The notes beneath the pieces are model-generated. The model made no database searches. It saw only the letters and a program-made list of their open reading frames with translations, and was not told the origin of the DNA. From the NCBI GenBank assembly GCA_035288385.1, contig DATEAM010000130.1:1-57265 (forward strand): a stretch of 57,265 nt of DNA, written 5' to 3'. Positions 54,602 through 57,265 of the stretch are shown here, piece by piece; the stretch's first letter is position 1; the number at the start of each line of letters is the position of its first letter. A program made the translations under genes and the position numbers. The DNA is from Thermodesulfobacteriota bacterium. Its GTDB lineage: Bacteria; Desulfobacterota; GWC2-55-46; JADFVP01.

Positions 54602-57265
54602 ATGTTCCATACCGGACTGCTGGACAGACTCAGGACTTCGAGGGAGAACCTCACCTCCGCGGTGAAGGATTATCTCAAGGGGTGCGAGGAGAACCTGAGG
54701 GAGGTCCACCTCGGGGGGGAAACTGGCACGGCTGTCTGCAGGGCCTACACCCTCGTAATAGACGACCTCCTGAAGACCCTCTTCGAGATAAAAACCGCGG
54801 AGAAAAGGCCCAAGGAGCCGACGGCCCTGGTGGCCATAGGGGGGTACGGCAGGGGAGAGCTCAACATCAGGTCCGATATAGACCTCATGCTCCTCCACAG
54901 GAACAGGGTAACTCCCGAGGTGGAGGACCTTACCCAGGGGATACTCTATATACTATGGGACACGGGACTCGACCTCGGTTTCAGCATACGCACGGTGGAG
55001 GAGTGCCTGAGGCTCGCCAAGGACGACTTGAAGACAATGACTTCACTCCTCGACCTGAGGTTCCTCCACGGTGAGCGCGCCATCTACGAAAACCTCGAGG
55101 CTGGCATAAGGAAAAAGCTCTTCAACAGGAGGAGGCTCAATTCCTTCATAAAGGAGAAGCTCGACGAGAGCGCCCAGAGGCACGAAAAGTTCGGCGGCTC
55201 CGTCTATACCCTCGAGCCCAACGTCAAGGAAGGGGAGGGGGGCCTGAGGGACCTCCACACGGCGCGGTGGATCATAAAGGCCCAGAACGGAGAGCCCGTG
55301 GAGCCCTTTTCCCTCGGACTCATCTCCGAGAAGGACAAGACCACCCTGCAGGGCTCCCTCGACTTTCTCCTCTGGGTCCGCAACGACCTCCACTTCGCCA
55401 CTTCGAGGAAGAGCGACCAGCTCACCTTCGACCATCAGGAACGGATTGCAAGGCTCCTCGCCTTCGAGACCACGGAGCGGGCTCTCGCCGTGGAGAACTT
55501 CATGCGCGACTACTACACCCACGCCGTAAACATCAGCCATTACTCGAACCTCATGCTCTCCAGGTGGCTCCACAGGGACAGAGCGAAGGCCTTCGGCTGG
55601 CCGAAAAAGAGGGTGAGGATAGACAAGGACTATTTCATATCCGGAGGGATGCTCAGGTGCAGGGACGAGGAGAAGGCAATAACGGACCCCGTAACGGCTA
55701 TGAAGGCCTTCGAGTACTCCCAGAGCTTCGGCGTGGAGATAGACCGCGCGGCCGAGGACATGGTGCTCGCCTTCCTGGAGGCCCATACCGGCGACCTTAC
55801 CGTCTCAAAGGAGGCTAACAGGGTCTTCCTGAAGATACTGAAGGGAAAGAACGTCCATAAGACGCTTGCCGAAATGCACCGCCTGAGGGTCCTCGAGAGG
55901 TTTATCCCCGAGTTCGAGGGGGTAAGGTGCAGGACCCAGCACGACCTCTACCACATATACACGGTGGACGTCCACACCCTCTTCGCCGTAAGGGAGCTCG
56001 AGAGGCTCAGGGACAGATACAAGTTCGACTATCCGCTCCTCTCCACCCTCTACGAGGAGCTCCCGAACCAGGAGGTCCTCGTCCTCTCTGTCCTCCTCCA
56101 CGACATAGGCAAGGCCTTTGGAAAGGGCCATTCGGAGAAAGGCGCGAGGGTGGCGCCCGGGATTTGCGGGAGGCTCGGTCTCTCGGAGGACGACTCCTCC
56201 ACGGCGGAGTTCCTCGTCAGAAACCACCTGATACTCGCCGACACCGCTCAGTACAGGGACCTCCATGACGAGAGGCTCATCGTGGAGTTCGCCAAGAGGG
56301 TGGGGGAGATCGAGAGGCTCTCTCTGCTATACCTCCTTACCTTCGCCGACGTCCGGGCCGTGGGCCCCGACGTCTGGAACCAGTGGAAGGGTACTCTATT
56401 CCAGGAACTCTACTTCAAGGCCCTTACGGTGCTCGAAAGGGGGGTCTTTGAGATAGAGGAGGCCGAGCCCCGGGTCCGGAGGATACAGAAGAGGGTGACC
56501 GAACTCCTCACCCCCGAGGGGATAACCAAGGACGCCGTAGGGGAGTTTTTCAAGCTCCTTCCCCAGAGGTATTTCCTCTCGAACCCGCCCGAGCTCATAG
56601 CGGGGCACCTGAAGACACTGAAGGGGTTTTCAGGCGAGAGGCCCCATGCCATGGACGTAAGGCAGGATACCGCGCGGGAGTACACGGAGGTCGTAATATG
56701 CACACACGACGCCCACGGGCTCTTCTCCATGATAGCCGGCGTCATGGCCGCAAACGGGGTAAACATCCTCGGGGCCCAGATAAACACCCTCAAGAACGGC
56801 ATAGCCCTCGACATACTCCAGGTCAACAGCCCCCACGAGGGCCTTGTCAAGGACGAGTACAAGATAAAGAAGATAGACTCGGACCTCGCGGACGTCATAA
56901 CGGGAAAAGTGGCCGTGGAAAAACTCGTGGGCAGGAGAAAACCCTCCATACTCGATAAGAAGGCGCGTCCAAGGGTCCCGACAAGGATACTTGTGGACAA
57001 CGACGTATCCGACTCCTACACCGTTATAGACATAAAGACTCAAAACAGGATCGGGCTCCTCTACGACATAACCCGCACCCTCACAGGGCTCGGCCTCTAT
57101 ATCCATATATCCAAGATATCGACGAAGGGCGACGAGGCCGCCGACATATTCTACACAAGGGACATCTTCGGACAGAAGATATACTACAAGGAGCGCCTCC
57201 GAGAGATAGTGGAGACCCTCGATGGCGTACTCGCCGAGGGAGGAAATGGGATGGAGGGGGGGGAG
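54602..57265 (+). CDS. glnD: [Protein-PII] uridylyltransferase / uridylyl-removing enzyme, 3'-truncated by the window edge
   Basis: Frame 2 is open from the ATG at 54602 to the last base (888 codons, translated by hand), and this ORF is absent from the supplied track. NTase motif VAIGGYGRGELNIRSDIDLMLL, then EPNVKEGEGGLRDLHT, HD domain HDLYHIYTVDVH ... LLHDIGK, and two ACT domains (TEVVICTHDAHGLFSMIAGVMAANGVNI; TVIDIKTQNRIGLLYDITRTL). Confidence 0.92.
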   Translation, partial: MFHTGLLDRLRTSRENLTSAVKDYLKGCEENLREVHLGGETGTAVCRAYTLVIDDLLKTLFEIKTAEKRPKEPTALVAIGGYGRGELNIRSDIDLMLLHRNRVTPEVEDLTQGILYILWDTGLDLGFSIRTVEECLRLAKDDLKTMTSLLDLRFLHGERAIYENLEAGIRKKLFNRRRLNSFIKEKLDESAQRHEKFGGSVYTLEPNVKEGEGGLRDLHTARWIIKAQNGEPVEPFSLGLISEKDKTTLQGSLDFLLWVRNDLHFATSRKSDQLTFDHQERIARLLAFETTERALAVENFMRDYYTHAVNISHYSNLMLSRWLHRDRAKAFGWPKKRVRIDKDYFISGGMLRCRDEEKAITDPVTAMKAFEYSQSFGVEIDRAAEDMVLAFLEAHTGDLTVSKEANRVFLKILKGKNVHKTLAEMHRLRVLERFIPEFEGVRCRTQHDLYHIYTVDVHTLFAVRELERLRDRYKFDYPLLSTLYEELPNQEVLVLSVLLHDIGKAFGKGHSEKGARVAPGICGRLGLSEDDSSTAEFLVRNHLILADTAQYRDLHDERLIVEFAKRVGEIERLSLLYLLTFADVRAVGPDVWNQWKGTLFQELYFKALTVLERGVFEIEEAEPRVRRIQKRVTELLTPEGITKDAVGEFFKLLPQRYFLSNPPELIAGHLKTLKGFSGERPHAMDVRQDTAREYTEVVICTHDAHGLFSMIAGVMAANGVNILGAQINTLKNGIALDILQVNSPHEGLVKDEYKIKKIDSDLADVITGKVAVEKLVGRRKPSILDKKARPRVPTRILVDNDVSDSYTVIDIKTQNRIGLLYDITRTLTGLGLYIHISKISTKGDEAADIFYTRDIFGQKIYYKERLREIVETLDGVLAEGGNGMEGGE

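Noticed and set aside
54598-55074. The listed 158-aa + strand ORF (MNVPYRTAGQ...).
   Set aside because: It is in frame 1 and overlaps the true glnD frame (frame 2, ATG at 54602). The sequence is Arg/Gly/Pro-rich nonsense.

Overview
This is 57.3 kb of a GC-rich chromosome from a diderm bacterium. Codon usage looks thermophile-like (Ile ATA, Arg AGG, Lys AAG, Gly GGG). Almost all genes are core or housekeeping, and about 45 kb (11.8-57.3 kb) is co-directional on the + strand.

Gene order:
- polA (5' partial)
- two-component cluster: HTH-REC regulator, output-less TM-HAMP-GAF-PAS sensor, histidine kinase with two degenerate receiver domains, CheY-like REC
- moxR-DUF58-transglutaminase operon (- strand)
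- archaic SCPU/Csu-type chaperone-usher pilus operon plus an orphan pilin-like ORF
- decayed P-type ATPase fragment
- tRNA-Gly(GCC)
- fur-feoB-dtxR/FeoA
- dnaE-accA
- aromatic supraoperon pheA-hisC-aroF-tyrA-aroA-cmk-ispH-rpsA-sppA-ihfB-HIT
- candidate small RNA
- monomeric icd plus a two-subunit long-form ATP-citrate lyase (reductive TCA)
- SPOR protein, miaB, BFN nuclease, PHP, BamB-like protein, GH57, mutS, amidase
- glnD (3' partial; absent from the supplied ORF track)

I see no CRISPR, transposase, integrase, rRNA or recognisable defence genes, and no clear novel multi-gene protein system.

The structure not explained by the genes is at the repeat and composition level:
1. A dispersed family of G5-G9 runs. 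It is intergenic at some loci and in-frame inside conserved genes (polA, usher, miaB, mutS, amidase, DUF58) at others.
2. A roughly 180-bp nested-palindrome (ERIC/MITE-like) element in three copies, whose central loop is inverted between two of them.
3. A G5-N9 tandem array directly after tRNA-Gly.
4. icd as a sharp codon-usage outlier, preceded by a promoter-plus-terminator-bounded small transcript.
5. Sigma54-like elements in front of the pilin genes.

All functional calls are motif recognition by eye; no searches were run.
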